Source: Chitinophagales bacterium (GTDB taxonomy: Bacteria; Bacteroidota; Bacteroidia; Chitinophagales; BACL12). From it: 61,212 nt of DNA. A program made the translations under genes and the position numbers. Below the pieces are notes generated by a model, which saw nothing but the letters and a program-made list of their open reading frames with translations, was not told where the DNA came from and did no database searches. Of the stretch, positions 8,342 to 18,742 are shown piece by piece. The stretch covers positions 1 to 61,212 of the forward strand of contig DAORKJ010000006.1 in the NCBI GenBank assembly GCA_035439505.1. The letters are read 5' to 3'. Positions within the stretch are counted from its first letter, which is position 1, and each line of letters starts with the position of its first letter.

Positions 8342-11300
8342 CTATTTTGGGGCAGTACTAAAAAGGTTTTGATGCATGTTTTGTAGTAATTGCCTTGCGT
8401 GGCTCATGCTTTGTACTTGCTCAAAAATGAGGATGAGGTGTTTATCGGTTTGTTTGATTATTCCGGTAGTTTTTTTCTGTGCAATCAGTTGCATGATATT
8501 GTGAAACAGCGGACTATCATAAAACACCGATTCGGGATTTTCGACAAAATAACAACGTAACTTCCTGCTTTTGAATATAATACGCTCTAAACCCATATCC
8601 TTTGCCAGCCAGCGTAATCGGATGCCGTTAAACAACTCTTCCACCTTTCGCGGAACTTTTCCAAAACGGTCGGTGAGCTCGTTTTTAAACTGTGTAATCT
8701 GTTCTTCGTTGGCAACATTGTCTAAACGGGTATAAATGCTCATCCGCTCATTAATGTTGGTGATATAAGCATCCGGAATCAGCATTTCCAAATCGGTATC
8801 TATTTGTACGTCGCGCACATATTCCTGTTTTTCTTCAATCTGGTCGGCAAATAATGCCTTAAATTGCGTTTGTTTTAATTCGCGAATGGCTTCGTCTAAA
8901 ATTTTATGATACATATCGAAGCCGATTTCCGAAATAAATCCACTTTGTTCAGCGCCTAATAAATTGCCGGCACCACGAATGTCCAAATCGCGCATTGAAA
9001 TCTGGAAACCACTGCCTAAATCAGCAAATTGTTCTATAGTGCGCAATCTTTTTCTGGAATCGTCGGGTAAACCAAATAAAGGCGGAGAAATTAAATAACA
9101 ATAGGCCTTTTTATTACTTCTACCCACACGGCCTCGTAATTGATGTAAATCGCTCAAGCCAAACCAATGGGCGTTATTAATAATTATGGTATTTGCATTC
9201 GGAATATCTAATCCGCTTTCCACAATATTGGTGCAGACTAACACATCGTAAGTTTTATCAATAAACTTCAGCATGTGGTCTTCCAGCTCTTCGCCTTCCA
9301 ACTGACCATGTGCAACACCAATATTTAAATCGGGACAAACTTTTTTAATTAAAGCAGCAGTTTCCTGAATGTCGCGCACCCGGTTATGAATAAAATACAC
9401 CTGACCACCGCGATAAATTTCCTGATAAATGGCATCGCGAATAAACTCAGCATCAAATGTTTTTAATTCGGTTTGAATGGGTTGACGGTTAGGCGGAGGT
9501 GTATTGATAATAGATAAATCACGTGCTCCCATCATACTGAATTGTAATGTACGTGGAATTGGTGTAGCAGTTAAAGTAAGTGTATCGATATTTGCTCTGA
9601 ATGCACGTAATTTTTCTTTAACGGTAACACCAAATTTTTGTTCCTCATCAATAATGAGTAATCCTAAATCTTTGAATTTAATTTTTTTACCGATGATAGC
9701 ATGTGTGCCAACAAGTATATCTACTTTACCGGCTTCTAATTTTTCTAAAGTTGTTTTTTTATCCTTATCAGATTTAAAACGATTGATATAATCAACCGTA
9801 ACAGGAAATTCTTTTAACCGTTCTGAAAATGTTTTAAAGTGCTGACTAGCCAGAATTGTAGTAGGAACCAACACAGCAACTTGTTTGCCATCGGTTACTG
9901 CTTTAAATGCAGCGCGTATGGCAATTTCAGTTTTTCCGAATCCCACATCACCACATACTAATCGATCCATCGGATGCGGTTTTTCCATATCGCGTTTTAC
10001 ATCAACAGTGGCTCTGTATTGGTCAGGCGTATCTTCGTAAATAAAACTAGCTTCTAATTCATTTTGCAAATAACCATCCGGTGAATAAGCAAATCCTTTG
10101 CTGGCTTTTCGTTTAGCATAAAGGGCAATTAAATCTTTGGCAATATCTTTTACTTTCGCTTTTGTTTTGCGTTTTAATTGCTCCCAGGCATCACTTCCAA
10201 TTTTATTTAATTTCGGTTGCGTGCCTTCTTTGCCTGCGTATTTTGATATTTTATGTAATGAATTAATATTTACATATAATAAATCGTTATCGCGATAAAT
10301 TAATCGAACAGCTTCTTGTATTTGTCCTCCGATTTCAATTTTTTCTAAACCCGAATACACGCCAACACCGTGATCGATATGTGTTACAAAATCGCCGGGA
10401 CGCAATTCCATCAAGGTTTTTAATGTAATGGCATCGGTTTTGGAGAAACCACTTTTAACCGTGTATTTATGATGGCGTTCAAATATCTGATGGTCGGTAA
10501 AACAAACTATTTTTTTATCATTATCAATAAAACCGGCAGCTATTGTTGTTGATGCAGCACCATCTTCATTAATAACAGGAATGATGGGTAAATATTTTAC
10601 CTGTGCATTTAAATCGGTAAATATTTCATGAAAACGTTCTGCCTGTCGCGCATTACTCATGAAAATAAATAAATGATAACGCAGCGATTGAAATTCCTTT
10701 AGCTTTTGAATAAGCTGCTCGAAATTGCGATTAAACAAAGGTTGTGGTGCAGCATCAAATTGAATAATTTGTGTATCCGGTAAATTACTGTGTAAACCAA
10801 ATTCAACAGCAGAGAAATGGGGCACTTCCTCAAGTAACGCAGGTCCCGATAACAATAATTCCTCAGGTGGATATTTATTAAAAGGATGGTCGCGATCGAG
10901 TAGTTTTTCCCTCTTTGTTACTTCATACCAATCCAAAGCCTTTTCATATACTTTATTAATTACCTCAAACGTATATTTAGCATCTTTAAACCAAACAATG
11001 GTGTTTTTAGGCAAGGAATGAAATAGCGAAGATTTTTGCTCTGCACCAAACTGGGTTTGGATATTTGGAATAATGGTAACCTGCGAAATGGTTTTTTCAG
11101 AAATTTGTGTAGTAGGATCAAAAACGCGGATACTTTCTACTTCATCGTCATATAATTCTACGCGATAAGGCATTTCATTGCCAAAAGAAAAAATATCGAT
11201 AATACCACCACGCACCGAAAATTGCCCGGGTTCGTACACGAAATCGGTTCTTTCAAAACCATTTTCTGCTAACAAATCAATAATAAAATGGTCGTCGAGT

Positions 11301-11761
11301 TTTTCACCTTTTTTTAAAAGAATAATATTTTCTTTCAGCACTTCGGCAACAACAAATTTTTCGACCAATGCTTCCGGGTAAGTAACAATTATTTCTCCCC
11401 GCGTATGTGAATTGGTAATTTTATTAATGGCTTCCGTGCGTAATAAAACACTATTGGTATTTACTTCTTCAAAGGAGGTTTCTTTTTTAAAAGAATCGGG
11501 AATAAATAAAATGTCTTTTTTGTTGAGAAGGGTTTCAAGGTCATTTAAAAAATAACCAGCCTCTTCTTTATCGTTGAGGATAAACAGGTGATTGTGTTGA
11601 AGATTTTTGTAAACGCCGGAAACAACGAAGGAAAGTAAAGAGCCTGCAATGCCCTTCAGATGCAGGTTTATCGGCTTTTGAGCCGTTGCTATCTGTCCTG
11701 TAAATGCTTTTATCCTATCATCCTGCTCGCGGTATACCGTAAGCAATTCCTGCAAATCCAT
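8342..11761 (-). CDS. mfd: Transcription-repair coupling factor
   Basis: UvrB-like N-terminus, VTHIDHGVG (CarD/RID), GDVGFGKT, DEEQKFGV, TATPIPRT, QLRGRVGR, TRCF C-terminus. Confidence 0.98.
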   Translation of the reverse strand: MDLQELLTVYREQDDRIKAFTGQIATAQKPINLHLKGIAGSLLSFVVSGVYKNLQHNHLFILNDKEEAGYFLNDLETLLNKKDILFIPDSFKKETSFEEVNTNSVLLRTEAINKITNSHTRGEIIVTYPEALVEKFVVAEVLKENIILLKKGEKLDDHFIIDLLAENGFERTDFVYEPGQFSVRGGIIDIFSFGNEMPYRVELYDDEVESIRVFDPTTQISEKTISQVTIIPNIQTQFGAEQKSSLFHSLPKNTIVWFKDAKYTFEVINKVYEKALDWYEVTKREKLLDRDHPFNKYPPEELLLSGPALLEEVPHFSAVEFGLHSNLPDTQIIQFDAAPQPLFNRNFEQLIQKLKEFQSLRYHLFIFMSNARQAERFHEIFTDLNAQVKYLPIIPVINEDGAASTTIAAGFIDNDKKIVCFTDHQIFERHHKYTVKSGFSKTDAITLKTLMELRPGDFVTHIDHGVGVYSGLEKIEIGGQIQEAVRLIYRDNDLLYVNINSLHKISKYAGKEGTQPKLNKIGSDAWEQLKRKTKAKVKDIAKDLIALYAKRKASKGFAYSPDGYLQNELEASFIYEDTPDQYRATVDVKRDMEKPHPMDRLVCGDVGFGKTEIAIRAAFKAVTDGKQVAVLVPTTILASQHFKTFSERLKEFPVTVDYINRFKSDKDKKTTLEKLEAGKVDILVGTHAIIGKKIKFKDLGLLIIDEEQKFGVTVKEKLRAFRANIDTLTLTATPIPRTLQFSMMGARDLSIINTPPPNRQPIQTELKTFDAEFIRDAIYQEIYRGGQVYFIHNRVRDIQETAALIKKVCPDLNIGVAHGQLEGEELEDHMLKFIDKTYDVLVCTNIVESGLDIPNANTIIINNAHWFGLSDLHQLRGRVGRSNKKAYCYLISPPLFGLPDDSRKRLRTIEQFADLGSGFQISMRDLDIRGAGNLLGAEQSGFISEIGFDMYHKILDEAIRELKQTQFKALFADQIEEKQEYVRDVQIDTDLEMLIPDAYITNINERMSIYTRLDNVANEEQITQFKNELTDRFGKVPRKVEELFNGIRLRWLAKDMGLERIIFKSRKLRCYFVENPESVFYDSPLFHNIMQLIAQKKTTGIIKQTDKHLILIFEQVQSMSHARQLLQNMHQNLFSTAPK

Positions 11762-11771
11762 GAACGTTCTG

Positions 11772-11779
11772 CAAAGGTA
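11772..11779 (-). promoter_or_regulatory. -7 promoter box of mfd
   Basis: TACCTTTG 10 bp upstream of the ATG. Confidence 0.6.
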
Positions 11780-11891
11780 TTGAATTTATAGGTAACAAGG
11801 TTTGTTGTTTTGGGGTTGGCATATAATTGACAATTATTTTAAGGTAAATCAACTTTTTCACGCAACTTTGTGTTCCATTCAAAAAGACAAT

Positions 11892-12617
11892 ATGTTAGCT
11901 TGGCAAAACGGTATAGTTAAAGAAGTAATTATTCAAACGCATAACACCAGAAGTTTTATAATTGAAGCCACCGAACAACCGGTTTTTGATTTTATACCCG
12001 GTCAGTTTGTTACACTGGATTTACCCATCAGCGAACGCCCTAGTCAAAGGATGCGGAGTTATTCAATAGCTTCTGCCCCTATGGGCAACAACCAATTTGA
12101 ATTATTAATTAGTCATAAAGAAGGCGGCTTAGGCTCCACTTATTTATTTGAAGAAGCTGTTGAAGGTGCTTCCTTAAGGTTTAGAGGACCTGCAGGCAAG
12201 TTTGTATTACCTGCAACACTCGACAGGCCTATTGTTATGATTAGCACAGGGACAGGTATTGCTCCTTTTCGCTCACAGATATTACATTTATTGCATCATC
12301 AAATACCGGTTCCGGAAATACATTTGGTTTTTGGCACACGTAAAGAATCGGATATATTATATCACAATGAATTATTGGATTTAGAAAAAACGTACCCGCA
12401 TTTTCATTATCATGTTGCATTGAGTCGCCACGAATCACATGAATGGAAAGGCGCCAAAGGTTATGTGCACGATGTATATGAAACCATAAGCGAAAAAGGT
12501 AAACGCGATATGGATTTTTATTTATGCGGATGGCGCAATATGGTCGCTGATGCCAAAACAAGGATTGCTGCTTTAGGGTATGACAAAGAAAGAGTACATT
12601 TGGAGGTTTACGACTAA
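11892..12617 (+). CDS. FAD/NAD(P)-binding oxidoreductase (ferredoxin-NADP reductase family)
   Basis: FIPGQF, RSYSIAS, GGLGS, GPAGKF, TGTGIAPF, YLCG motifs; start moved to ATG 11892. Confidence 0.92.
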   Translation: MLAWQNGIVKEVIIQTHNTRSFIIEATEQPVFDFIPGQFVTLDLPISERPSQRMRSYSIASAPMGNNQFELLISHKEGGLGSTYLFEEAVEGASLRFRGPAGKFVLPATLDRPIVMISTGTGIAPFRSQILHLLHHQIPVPEIHLVFGTRKESDILYHNELLDLEKTYPHFHYHVALSRHESHEWKGAKGYVHDVYETISEKGKRDMDFYLCGWRNMVADAKTRIAALGYDKERVHLEVYD

Positions 12618-12620
12618 CCT

Positions 12621-14516
12621 ATGGCCATTATCATACTGATTACCCTGATTGCACTTTTTATCACTGCAAGTGGATATTTTAAAAATACTAAACTGGGTAG
12701 TTGGTATGCATTAATAATTTCGATTGTTATTATAAGCGCCTACACGGCTATTACTACTGAACTCTTAAATTTATTTAATGCCATCAATTTTACTACTATA
12801 CTAAGTAGTTGGTTGATTTTGTTAATTGCCATCATTACTACATGGTGGAAAAAAGGGAAACACCTGCCTGAGTTTAAACTCGCTTCTCCTTTACTGAACA
12901 TTGAAAAATATATTGGTTTATCATTATTTGTAATATTATTTGTTACATTAATTACGGCTGTTTTTGCTTATCCCAATAATTGGGATAGTATGACTTACCA
13001 TTTATCGCGGGTAATGCATTGGATGCAAAATGAAAATGTAAAACATTATCCAACCCGCATCGACCGGCAATTGACTCAACCTCCGCTTGCGGAATACCAT
13101 ATTCTTCACTTATTTATTTTAGGCAATAGAGATAGTATTGCGAATTTAGTTCAATGGTTGTTTTTTGCAGGGTCAATAACAAGTGTTGCATTAATTACTG
13201 CGGAGTTTGGTGGGGACAGGAAAGCACAATTGTTATCTGCATTTGTTGCTGCAACCATACCCATGGCTATATTACAAAGCACCAGCACACAAAACGATTT
13301 GGTAGTCGCATTTTTTGTATTGACTGCCATATTGTTTGGAATTAAAGCCTGGAAACAACGGTTTAATACCAGTTACGTTTATTTGTTTTATATAACCTGT
13401 GCATTGGCCTTATTGTCAAAAGGAACGGCACTCATATTTTTACTTCCTGTGGTATTGGTGTATGCATTTTTTATTGTGAAAGTAAACAGGGCAAAAGCAA
13501 TTCCAAGTATCCTGAAAGGAATAGTTATTGTGTTGGTAATATATGGACCTTTTGCATATAGAAATTATCAAACATATAACAGCCCATTGGGTAAATCGTA
13601 TGAACTCAATAATTCGATATACACCATAAAAGGAACGATATCCAATATTTCCAAAAATACTACCATGCATTTGCGGTCTCCCGTTCCCGCAATTAATAAT
13701 AGTTTAACTAATGGGGTTACCGCATTTAATAAAGCAATTGGTGTAGATGTAAATGCGCCAAATTATAATTGGGCGCCGAGTCCGGATTTTGTGGTTGGCT
13801 ATTTTTCTACACAGGAAGATTCGGCAGGAAACTTTTTTCAGGTAATATTATTGGTGTTAGTATTGGTTTATATTGTTATGAAATTTAAATCGATACCCAA
13901 ACATATATTATTATTTACAGGTGTTATTGTTTGCATGTATGTATTATTTAATTTGTTATTAAAATGGCAAATCTGGCATGCGCGTTTACATCTTACTATG
14001 TTTTTAGCCGGCGCTGTGTTAATTGCTTATTGGATGAATAAATTACCATCATTGGCAACTTATAGTATGGTAGTTGTTTTGAGTGCTTTTTCACTTGTTT
14101 TTCTTGGTTACAACCAAACCCGCCCGTTGTTTGGCGAACACAGTATATTTAAACAACCGGCAGATAAACAATATTTTGCAGCTAATGAACCATTGTATGC
14201 ACCGTTTGTAAAAGTAAATGCCTTGTTACAAGAAAATAATTGTAAAACCCTGGGTTATATTTCCGGCGGCGATAGTTGGGAATATCCATTTTGGGCGTTA
14301 AATAAAAACAATAAATCGTTTTCACTGTATCAACTCGATACCGATAATGAGACAAAACAACTGCCACAAAATACCGGCAGTAATATCATTATCCCTGATA
14401 TGATTATTAATATAAGAGGCGATGAAAAGAAAGAGGAGCAAATATCCTATATGAGTAACCCCTACAAATTGATTTTGTTGGATGGTGTATTTGCCGTTTA
14501 TAAAAAGGATTTATAA
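12621..14516 (+). CDS. GT-C membrane glycosyltransferase (PMT_2/ArnT-like)
   Basis: Many TM helices; PNNWDSMTYHL luminal acidic motif; STSTQND, LSKGT. Confidence 0.75.
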   Translation: MAIIILITLIALFITASGYFKNTKLGSWYALIISIVIISAYTAITTELLNLFNAINFTTILSSWLILLIAIITTWWKKGKHLPEFKLASPLLNIEKYIGLSLFVILFVTLITAVFAYPNNWDSMTYHLSRVMHWMQNENVKHYPTRIDRQLTQPPLAEYHILHLFILGNRDSIANLVQWLFFAGSITSVALITAEFGGDRKAQLLSAFVAATIPMAILQSTSTQNDLVVAFFVLTAILFGIKAWKQRFNTSYVYLFYITCALALLSKGTALIFLLPVVLVYAFFIVKVNRAKAIPSILKGIVIVLVIYGPFAYRNYQTYNSPLGKSYELNNSIYTIKGTISNISKNTTMHLRSPVPAINNSLTNGVTAFNKAIGVDVNAPNYNWAPSPDFVVGYFSTQEDSAGNFFQVILLVLVLVYIVMKFKSIPKHILLFTGVIVCMYVLFNLLLKWQIWHARLHLTMFLAGAVLIAYWMNKLPSLATYSMVVVLSAFSLVFLGYNQTRPLFGEHSIFKQPADKQYFAANEPLYAPFVKVNALLQENNCKTLGYISGGDSWEYPFWALNKNNKSFSLYQLDTDNETKQLPQNTGSNIIIPDMIINIRGDEKKEEQISYMSNPYKLILLDGVFAVYKKDL

Positions 14517-15230
14517 TTTAAATAAGGATTCCAATACTTCGTAAGAGCGCAAATCACCAAAATCTTCAATATGCAAACGGAAGTATACCAGCATTTGTTG
14601 TAATAAAATTTTTCGTTCAGTGGTGGTGAGTTTAATCTGGTCGTAATTTTTTAATTCAGGTTCAATAATGGCTCGAAATGAGTTGGATAATTGTTCGCTT
14701 AAAAATTGTTGGTGCGGGGGTAGGAAATCAATAAACATTCCCTCCTTTAAATCGAAATAAGGGTCAGGCGAAACAGTTGGGTAGCAGCCTAAATATTTAG
14801 TAATAGCCAATAAAAACCAAATATGATGATTGCCTAAAGATTTTTCGGTTTGATCTAATTCAATAAATATTTCAAATAAAAAATCAAATAACGCTTCATT
14901 GGTTTCGTGTTCTTTTACAATCTTATTTAAAATTTCCAGATAAAATATCAGCAAAGAACTTTTTATAATATTAAAAGGCAAATCTTCATAAATATGCGCA
15001 AATCCACATTCGCTGATGCGCATTAAGTTACCCTGCTCTTTGTGGTAGACTACCATATCGAGCAAATTGCCATGCTGATATAAGGCAGATTTCGATTTGC
15101 CTTTTGCAGAACGAACGCCATTAATGATATACGATTGAACACCAAATAATTCGGTATAGGCCTTTATGATTACACTGGACTCAGCATATTTCGTCACCTT
15201 AAATACTATTGCCCTTGTTTTGTGTAACAT
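14511..15230 (-). CDS. recO: DNA repair protein RecO
   Basis: KTRAIVFKVTKYAESSVIIKAYTELFG OB-fold start; FDLKEG; RSYEVL end. Confidence 0.93.
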   Translation of the reverse strand: MLHKTRAIVFKVTKYAESSVIIKAYTELFGVQSYIINGVRSAKGKSKSALYQHGNLLDMVVYHKEQGNLMRISECGFAHIYEDLPFNIIKSSLLIFYLEILNKIVKEHETNEALFDFLFEIFIELDQTEKSLGNHHIWFLLAITKYLGCYPTVSPDPYFDLKEGMFIDFLPPHQQFLSEQLSNSFRAIIEPELKNYDQIKLTTTERKILLQQMLVYFRLHIEDFGDLRSYEVLESLFKL

Positions 15231-15291
15231 AGTGTAAAAGTAAACAACACAATGGTATCGGTATTAAAATAAGTGTAAGAATGAAGCTAAA

Positions 15292-15903
15292 TTATTCAGC
15301 AGGCTTTTCTTCTTTTTTATCCAAAAGAGCATCGTATCTATTCAAATCGTTAACTGCAGCAGTGTCATCCGGATTTTCATAGGCATTAACAGCCTTTTCA
15401 GTGTAAACCGGGTCGTTTTTGTGGGTGCCGAATAAACTATAAATGCCATAATTACTGCTAATTAAAAAAGCAATAGCAATGCACAAAGCCAATATAGAAC
15501 GCAATACCAAAGGTTTTATCCAAATGAGCAAAGTAGCTTTATCATCCGCTTCGAGTTTGCGGTAATATAAAAACAAATAAGCCATTAAACCCACACCTGA
15601 TGAAACAGAAATAATGAGTAACTGCTTATCCATTTGTAATAACAATGTTCTCGCCATTACAGCCATTACGGTAATAGATACCGACCACAAGCCAAATAAA
15701 TATATTAACCGCATGATCCGGCCAATACGTTGTTTATCCAAAAAAACTAAAATACCTGAGGCGAGATAATAAAAAGATAAGGTGCCAAATAAAATCATAC
15801 TCATGCGCTCTCCATAAGTTGGTAGCATTGGTTTTAGAAACACCATTAAAATGGTATTACCTAATAATAAATACTCAAAATATTTGGAAAAAAATTGTTT
15901 CAA
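15292..15903 (-). CDS. Hypothetical membrane protein
   Basis: 203-aa ORF with about 5 hydrophobic helices; TTG start. Confidence 0.65.
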   Translation of the reverse strand: MKQFFSKYFEYLLLGNTILMVFLKPMLPTYGERMSMILFGTLSFYYLASGILVFLDKQRIGRIMRLIYLFGLWSVSITVMAVMARTLLLQMDKQLLIISVSSGVGLMAYLFLYYRKLEADDKATLLIWIKPLVLRSILALCIAIAFLISSNYGIYSLFGTHKNDPVYTEKAVNAYENPDDTAAVNDLNRYDALLDKKEEKPAE

Positions 15904-15941
15904 TATGCTAAATCTGGTGTAAAATTATAAAATAAGCAGCA

Positions 15942-16394
15942 CTATTCTTTTGCTTTGCTGTCAATAATAATGGTAACCGGTCCATCATTAATTAACTGCA
16001 CCTGCATATCTGCACCAAATACGCCTGTTACAACCGGTTTATTTATGAGTTGCGCTAATGATGCAACAAATTGTTCATACAACGGAATCGCAATATCCGG
16101 TTTCGCACTACGAATAAATGAAGGGCGATTGCCTTTTTTGGTGGAGGCAAATAAAGTAAACTGACTCACCACCAATATTTCCCCATCAATATCCTGAACG
16201 CTGATATTCATTAATCCATTGGCATCTTCAAAAATGCGCAGTTGGGCAATTTTTTGAGTCAACCAGGTAATGTCTTCTATGGAATCATTTTCTTCTACCC
16301 CCAATAAAATCATCAATCCTTTGCCGATGTTGGCATGTGTTTGTTGTTCAATAACTACACCGGCATTAAGCACACGTTGAATTACTACTCTCAT
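15942..16394 (-). CDS. dtd: D-aminoacyl-tRNA deacylase
   Basis: MRVVIQRV, SQFTL, KKGNRPSF, GVFGADMQV, NDGPVT. Confidence 0.97.
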   Translation of the reverse strand: MRVVIQRVLNAGVVIEQQTHANIGKGLMILLGVEENDSIEDITWLTQKIAQLRIFEDANGLMNISVQDIDGEILVVSQFTLFASTKKGNRPSFIRSAKPDIAIPLYEQFVASLAQLINKPVVTGVFGADMQVQLINDGPVTIIIDSKAKE

Positions 16395-16395
16395 A

Positions 16396-17334
16396 TTACC
16401 ACTTTTTTGCGCCCTTTATTTCTTCATAAAAAGTTAAATAACTGGTATATCGCGAAGGCGAAAATTTTCCTTCCTCCAGTAATTGTTTTATCGCACAACC
16501 CGCTTCATTAATATGTAAACAATTATTGAATTTACAATTTTGCATTTCTTTTCTTATTTCCGGAAAATAATGTCCCACTTCATATTCATCAATATCTACC
16601 AACCCGAATTCTTTAATTCCCGGTGTGTCGATAATAAATGAATGTTCGTTAATGCGATACATATGAGCAAATGTAGTGGTGTGTAATCCTTTTTCAGTGT
16701 AAGCAGAAATAGCACCCGTTTTTAAATTTAAATGCGGAAATATACTGTTAACTAACGATGATTTCCCAACCCCGGATAAACCAATAATTAACGATGTTTT
16801 ATTTTCGAACACCTGATGTAATTGTTCCAGATTTTCTTTATTTAAAACCGAAGTAGAAAAACTTTCGTAACCCGCTTCGTTATAACTATACATTAATTCC
16901 TGCAGCAGCTCATCATCTTTTTCCTCGTATAAATCATGTTTATTAAAAATCACTTTTGCAGGAATGCCATACACTTCGCTGGTAATTAAAACCCTGTCTA
17001 TAAATCCAAAAGCCGTGCGTGGTTGTTTAAGCGAAGCAATTACTACAGTTTGGTCGATATTACTTGCAATTACATGTTTGTAAGCCGCTTTATGAATATC
17101 GGAACGAACAATATAATTAATGCGCGGAAGAATTTCGTTGATAATATAATTTTTTTGTTCATCTGTTTCGCCGGGTCCTTCTTCCACCATAACAAAATCA
17201 CCAACAGCAATCGGATTGGTTTGTTTTTTATTATCGAGGCGAAATTTTCCTTTCAAACGGCAAATAATGATGCTGCCATCAGCTAATAACACATCATAAA
17301 AATTTCCGGTACTTTGAACTACGGTTCCGCGCAT
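16396..17334 (-). CDS. rsgA: Ribosome small subunit-dependent GTPase A
   Basis: OB-fold, NKHD, GLSGVGKS, HTTT, DTPG, CKFNNCLHINEAGC zinc finger. Confidence 0.96.
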   Translation of the reverse strand: MRGTVVQSTGNFYDVLLADGSIIICRLKGKFRLDNKKQTNPIAVGDFVMVEEGPGETDEQKNYIINEILPRINYIVRSDIHKAAYKHVIASNIDQTVVIASLKQPRTAFGFIDRVLITSEVYGIPAKVIFNKHDLYEEKDDELLQELMYSYNEAGYESFSTSVLNKENLEQLHQVFENKTSLIIGLSGVGKSSLVNSIFPHLNLKTGAISAYTEKGLHTTTFAHMYRINEHSFIIDTPGIKEFGLVDIDEYEVGHYFPEIRKEMQNCKFNNCLHINEAGCAIKQLLEEGKFSPSRYTSYLTFYEEIKGAKKW

Positions 17335-17369
17335 GGTGTAAAGTTAAAATTCAGGAAGTAAATACGCGA

Positions 17370-18119
17370 TTAAACAGTAACAGAATGCACTGCAAACGAA
17401 ATTTCCTTAATCAGTGAAGTATCTTTTTCAATGGCATTGCCCACCACCACAATATCGGCGCCCGCGTTGCAGGTTTCGTATGCTTTTTCAGGAGTTCTGA
17501 TCCCACCGCCAACTATAATTGGCAAATCGCAATGTTTGTGCACAGCAGCAATCACTTCGGCAGGAATAGCCCTTTTGGCACCGCTGCCGGCGTCCATATA
17601 AATCAGTTTCATACCCAATAATTCACCGGCCATGGCAGTGCAGGCCGCAATTTCGGGCTTATCGGAAGGAATTGGATTTGTATTCGAAATATAACTCACC
17701 GTTGTCGGCGCGCCACCGTCAATCAGGATATAACCCGTTGAAATAGCCTCAATACCCGATTTTTTCACGTAAGGAGCCGCCAACACCTGGTTGCCAATGA
17801 GCAATTCGGGGTTACGTCCGCTTATAAGCGATAAAAACAGCAGTGCATCAGCATTTGGGTTCACCTGCTGAATACTACCCGGAAAAATCACCACCGGAAT
17901 ATTCGTCTGCTGCTTCAGGGTTTTAATGGTCGTGTCCAGGTAATCGCCAATAACCAGGCTGCCACCCACAAAAAAGTAGTCGACATGGTTCTCATTTCCC
18001 AGTGTTACCAATTGGTTCAACGCCTTTGCATCCACCTCATCGGGGTCGATTAAAACGGCAAACTTTTTCAGTCCCTTACTGTGATCGGCTGCTATATTTT
18101 GATATACCTGATTGCGCAT
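17370..18119 (-). CDS. Geranylgeranylglyceryl/heptaprenylglyceryl phosphate synthase (group II type)
   Basis: VLIDPD, FVGGS, FPGS, SLISGRNPELLIG, YMDAGSGA, VGGGIR, VVGN; start moved to ATG 18119 downstream of TATTTTTG. Confidence 0.93.
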   Translation of the reverse strand: MRNQVYQNIAADHSKGLKKFAVLIDPDEVDAKALNQLVTLGNENHVDYFFVGGSLVIGDYLDTTIKTLKQQTNIPVVIFPGSIQQVNPNADALLFLSLISGRNPELLIGNQVLAAPYVKKSGIEAISTGYILIDGGAPTTVSYISNTNPIPSDKPEIAACTAMAGELLGMKLIYMDAGSGAKRAIPAEVIAAVHKHCDLPIIVGGGIRTPEKAYETCNAGADIVVVGNAIEKDTSLIKEISFAVHSVTV

Positions 18120-18158
18120 TGTTTCGGATAAAGGCAAAAATAGGGTTTTTTGCTGACA

Positions 18159-18284
18159 GGAAAGCAGGTGCCCGACCAATAAACCGTTTCTTTTTTTTGG
18201 AGCAGGAACATTTCTGCACACCAACAAAATCGGCACGTGCTTTCCACTGCAACTCCGCTTCCGCTGAAAAAGCGGAATGCGGGG
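18159..18284. other. GC-rich nested stem-loop element (candidate structured RNA)
   Basis: GGAAAGCAGGTGCCCGA / TCGGCACGTGCTTTCC outer stem enclosing TTGGAGCAGGAA..TTTCTGCACACCAA, then a CCGCTTCCGCT-GAAAA-AGCGGAATGCGG hairpin. Confidence 0.4.
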
Positions 18285-18742
18285 TTTCCGTTTCAATCAC
18301 GGCTAACTGTGCATATTATCGTAACTATCACAAAATTATTGCGTATAGTTTAAAGCAGTTTTGTGACATGGTAAAACTATCAAAAACGCAAAAGATTAAA
18401 TCCGTAAAATAATAGATATAAGTCTGTAACATATTGGATGTTATTAAAAGTGTGACATAGTCTATAGCCAGCCTTTCTAAACCCTTTACAGCCCTTAAAA
18501 TCATTTTCAATAACAGTTATTCACGCAACAAATTTTTGAAATGCAACAATTGCCAAGATTTCTTTGTGCAACTTTTCCCAAATAATATATTTAAAAAACG
18601 CAATTTTTATATTTGATAATTAATGCATTGTGGTTTTTTTTTAAGGACTTTCGGATATAGTTTGTTTTGAAAAAATAATCTTATAGGCTATCTTGCACGA
18701 CCGAAAAGCGAAAACATTAAGTCAAACATAAAATGACAAACA

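Noticed and set aside
18002..18510. Short ORFs 18002..18412, 18076..18300, 18328..18510 and the N-terminal extension of GGGPS
   Set aside because: No motifs; they overlap the promoter and stem-loop region, and the -7 box supports a start at 18119
18300..18700. Replication origin
   Set aside because: AT-rich, but only one imperfect DnaA-box-like word and no origin-associated genes
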